Shown: in pieces, positions 8,084 to 11,144 of the stretch
How positions within the stretch are numbered: the stretch's first letter is position 1
Layout: the number at the start of each line of letters is the position of its first letter
From: Candidatus Hodarchaeum mangrovi
GTDB taxonomy: Archaea; Asgardarchaeota; Heimdallarchaeia; Hodarchaeales; Hodarchaeaceae
NCBI GenBank assembly: GCA_016839515.1
Contig: JAEOUE010000265.1
Coordinates: 1 to 11,144 of the forward strand
Direction of reading: 5' to 3'
DNA: 11,144 bases
Program-made: the position numbers and the translations under genes
Notes under the pieces: model-generated
Seen by the model: the letters and a program-made list of their open reading frames with translations, nothing else
Databases searched by the model: none
Told to the model about the DNA's origin: nothing

Positions 8084-11000
8084 AAGTCTCACCTTTGTTT
8101 TTTTCTGCATAATTAGTTTCTGATGGGATTGTTTTTGTCATACGTGATCGTAAACTAGTTAGCTTTAATGGTTCTCGGTGTTTTGGATTGTATAGCATTA
8201 GCATTAATATCCCAAATGAACCAATTAGAATAATTCCAAGAATAATTAGTATTAATGGCTCTGCATCTTTCAAGAATCCTAGTAGGGATTCAACATTTTG
8301 GGGTGAATTCGCCTCTGGTTGAAACCACATTGCAATAGAACTCAGAACATCTCCTACAATATCAATGTTAAGTAAAAACCTAGACCAGTCCCCTAAAAAG
8401 GCGGAAGTGAGTAAAATAAATCCATATCCTATTGCCAAAAATGAAATTATTGCTATCAAAATTAGAAAAACCGAATTTAGTGACTGTTTTAGGTATTTAA
8501 TCAATTGATTTATTGTTTTTTCAACCAATTCTAATAAATTTTGAAGGAGTTTATTGAGAGCTACTATTATTTGTTTTATTAGGTCAATAATTTGAGTAAA
8601 CCAAGCAATTATTAAAACAAGTAGTCCTCCAATCCGAATAGTAATCTCAAGGGGAGCTGGAAGTTGTATACTTAAACTAAAATTGACAACTTCTGGTCCT
8701 AAGAGTAAAGCAAAACATCCAGTAAATGTAAGGAATCCGCGGAGAATCCCCCAACGGTGATCAATGAGATATTGGATAAATGAGTTTATTGCATTTGAAA
8801 TTGTTTTAATAATTTCTGCTATACTATTGATTATTTCTCTAATTATATTACCTATTAACGCATTAATTTGATGATTCCAAGTTATATACAATAGAATAAT
8901 CCCTATAAACCTAAAAACCACATCAAACGTATTTCCAAGTTCAATGCGACTCAATAATCGAATCAAAAATGTCCCAGTGAAGAATAAGAACACTCCAATG
9001 AATGTTAATCCTCCTCGGGCAATATTTCTTTGGTGATCTAGTATATATTGTATTAGATGTTTAAAATAAGCTGTCAGTGATTTTATTATTTGATTGAAAA
9101 GCTCGAGAGTTCTAAGATAGGTAATTTTCAATCTATGTCCAAATGCAATCAAAAAGTCGTGTATTTGGGTATACCAGGCAATTACCAATGGAATTACTCC
9201 CAAAATACGCAAAAATTCTAAAAATGGATAATAATTTCCAGAAAACAGCTCTAGATAAACTAATGGGGCATATAAAAAAATAATAATACTTGAGAATGTA
9301 AGGAGTCCACGAATGATATCCCACCAGTGATCTACGAGATATAGAATAAATATATACAATTTATTAACTGTTAATGAGATTATATGAGAAATTAATTTAG
9401 CAGCTTCTTTTATAAACTCAATGATGATATTTTTAAGGAGGTAAAGGATTTTTATTAATTCTTTGTGCCACAAATTTATATTTACTAGTAATGCTATAAC
9501 TAAAAAAGTACCAGAGATCATCCTTGAAGAATCTAAGGGATTAGGATTTATTAGAGAATATTTTAAGTATGATATAAAGCTTATGACCCCAAGAATGGTT
9601 GCTAATATTGTTCCAACTAGTTTCATATGCTTATGATGATACCATGCAAATATTGCTAAGAAAAAACCGCTTAGTGATATTATTACAGGAAATGAAATAT
9701 TAAGCGGTTCTTTTATGGTTAGAATGCCCACCAAGAACAAAATTAGACCTATAGTAGAAATTGTATACCTTATAATTTCCTGATAATTATATTCAATAAA
9801 ATTAAAAACCTGTTTAAGTATCTTAACTAGTTTATTGATAAAAAGGATTAATGAGATATAAATAGATTCTAGTGCAGATTTAATTATTATTCCTATGGCC
9901 GAGAAAATACCTATAAGTGCATTTTTGAGTTCTAATTTCCATAGATATAAGTTGACACTGAAGCCAACAACCAGATAAACTACAGAAAACTCAAAAGAAG
10001 GATTACTAAAAGCAATTGTAAAAGGAGAGAGACCAATTAATCCTAAGATAATGAGTATTGAACTGAGTACTGTACCATATCTTTTTACATTTGAGTGGTT
10101 GTACCAAGCTACTATTGCAATAGTGTATCCAGTTAGAAACAGAAATGTATTCAAATTATCTATTATCTGATACCAATAGATTGAGTCTATTACAATCATC
10201 AAGACGCCAATAGCAAAAATAATGTATCGAAAAATCAAGAATTTATGAATATTGAGAAGTAAGAGAACATTTTGGATTTTAAAAACTATAGATTTAACAA
10301 TTGACTCAACTAATCTGTGTATACCTCTAATGATACTCACAATAGCTAAATAAATTTCCTTTCTCCAGATTAAAACAAGATAACAAAATACTGAAAGTAG
10401 TAATATAGGAGGAAGCCAGCTTTCTATAGATTCAAATTCAAAAGGATATTGAATTATCAAAATAATGCTCCACAACAATAATAGAATACTTTCTGTTGAA
10501 GTTATACCTTTAAAATAGCGATGTCCAATCCAAACTGCTGAACCAGAGATATATCCTACTAAAAAGAGTATAATCGCTAGGAAGATAGAATTTGTTAATA
10601 AATTAAGCGAAATTGCAATAAAGATTGGAATAAGACTGAATACAAATATTATTATACGGACTATTAACGCAAAATGTATTTTAAACCAATAAATAAGTGG
10701 TTCATCAATACGTGTTAGCTCTATTAAAAATCCGAATATGCAAAGAACTAGTCCACATCCAAAAAGATAATCAGAGATCATATAAATTGGATGAATATTC
10801 AATTCAGGTAAAAGATCAAGGATTCCAGGTATAATTGCGATAAATAAACCGAATAGTCCAATTAATCCCCCAAATGATGAATTTCGGTTTCTTTCCATCT
10901 TATTTATAAAACGAAGATGAAAAAATGTAATAACTAAATTCATGCTAAATAGAGTAACCAGAAAATAGTGTAGAATTGTTCTTACGATTGTGAAGTCGAT

Positions 11001-11105
11001 ATTTCCGATTTTCCATGTTAAAATGGTTTGAAAAATTAGCAGTGTGACTGCTATCATTGCTGCACCTTTGGTAGATGCTTTAAGAGTAGATTCCCACGAC
11101 CTCAT
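8076..11105 (-). CDS. Large hypothetical polytopic membrane protein (~24 TM by eye) with six internal hairpin/amphipathic-helix repeats
   Basis: Uninterrupted 1011-codon, very hydrophobic ORF with recurring H/N-x5-R and G-x7-W motifs. Of three tandem ATGs (11111, 11108, 11105), the third has the best spacing (7 nt) from AGGAG at 11113-11117. Confidence 0.88.
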   Translation of the reverse strand: MRSWESTLKASTKGAAMIAVTLLIFQTILTWKIGNIDFTIVRTILHYFLVTLFSMNLVITFFHLRFINKMERNRNSSFGGLIGLFGLFIAIIPGILDLLPELNIHPIYMISDYLFGCGLVLCIFGFLIELTRIDEPLIYWFKIHFALIVRIIIFVFSLIPIFIAISLNLLTNSIFLAIILFLVGYISGSAVWIGHRYFKGITSTESILLLLWSIILIIQYPFEFESIESWLPPILLLSVFCYLVLIWRKEIYLAIVSIIRGIHRLVESIVKSIVFKIQNVLLLLNIHKFLIFRYIIFAIGVLMIVIDSIYWYQIIDNLNTFLFLTGYTIAIVAWYNHSNVKRYGTVLSSILIILGLIGLSPFTIAFSNPSFEFSVVYLVVGFSVNLYLWKLELKNALIGIFSAIGIIIKSALESIYISLILFINKLVKILKQVFNFIEYNYQEIIRYTISTIGLILFLVGILTIKEPLNISFPVIISLSGFFLAIFAWYHHKHMKLVGTILATILGVISFISYLKYSLINPNPLDSSRMISGTFLVIALLVNINLWHKELIKILYLLKNIIIEFIKEAAKLISHIISLTVNKLYIFILYLVDHWWDIIRGLLTFSSIIIFLYAPLVYLELFSGNYYPFLEFLRILGVIPLVIAWYTQIHDFLIAFGHRLKITYLRTLELFNQIIKSLTAYFKHLIQYILDHQRNIARGGLTFIGVFLFFTGTFLIRLLSRIELGNTFDVVFRFIGIILLYITWNHQINALIGNIIREIINSIAEIIKTISNAINSFIQYLIDHRWGILRGFLTFTGCFALLLGPEVVNFSLSIQLPAPLEITIRIGGLLVLIIAWFTQIIDLIKQIIVALNKLLQNLLELVEKTINQLIKYLKQSLNSVFLILIAIISFLAIGYGFILLTSAFLGDWSRFLLNIDIVGDVLSSIAMWFQPEANSPQNVESLLGFLKDAEPLILIILGIILIGSFGILMLMLYNPKHREPLKLTSLRSRMTKTIPSETNYAEKNKGETYE
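8088..8095 (-). promoter_or_regulatory. Archaeal-type Shine-Dalgarno site (GGTGA) inside the 3' end of the upstream gene
   Basis: The minus strand reads AAGGTGAG-ACTT-ATGAATGA. Confidence 0.7.
8472..9341 (-). repeat. Three intragenic short repeats (type B, ~92-98 aa, 2 TM plus amphipathic helix)
   Basis: YLVDHWWDIIRGLLTF / YILDHQRNIARGGLTF / YLIDHRWGILRGFLTF and RILGVIPLVIAWYTQI / RFIGIILLYITWNHQI / RIGGLLVLIIAWFTQI. Similarity is still visible in the DNA (8724-8771 vs 9294-9341, 570 nt apart). Confidence 0.88.
9342..10688 (-). repeat. Three intragenic long repeats (type A, 143-153 aa, ~4 TM plus amphipathic helix)
   Basis: AVWIGHRYFK / VAWYNHSNVK / FAWYHHKHMK and YLVLIWRKEI / VNLYLWKLEL / VNINLWHKEL (ORF residues ~142-590). 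Confidence 0.8.
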
Positions 11106-11144
11106 CATCATTCTCCTATGTGAAACATTTATCTAGAAAATATC

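Noticed and set aside
8084-8110. ORF-track start at 8110 (35-nt overlap)
   Set aside because: The ATG at 8083 has a strong SD site and a compact overlap, so it is the more plausible start.
9133-9324. 63-aa minus-strand ORF
   Set aside because: Alternative frame entirely within the large membrane protein gene.
8076-11111. Phage tape-measure protein interpretation (amphipathic 7/11-periodic segments with Trp)
   Set aside because: No viral genes in the window, and the protein is dominated by regularly spaced TM hairpins.

Overview
AT-rich, gene-dense window, probably archaeal and Asgard/Heimdallarchaeia-like (inferred from protein styles and a GGTGA-type Shine-Dalgarno site; no marker gene is present). 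In order it contains: (1) a 5'-truncated ICMT/Ste14-family membrane methyltransferase; (2) three co-oriented minus-strand small-molecule transferases: a Sat-like GNAT, a class I SAM methyltransferase and an ANT(2'')/Lnu-like nucleotidyltransferase; (3) a secreted, glycosylated, C-terminally anchored surface protein; (4) a ~670-aa TPR protein; (5) a translationally coupled two-gene operon of membrane proteins I cannot assign to a family. The operon is the most interesting element. The ~1010-aa protein has six tandem modules of transmembrane hairpin(s) plus a long amphipathic helix, whose linker lengths differ only by 7 or 11 residues. Its ~390-aa partner shares the N-terminal membrane domain and ends in a C4 zinc finger. 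I saw no RNA genes, mobile elements or CRISPR arrays. No searches were run, so all family calls come from motif recognition.
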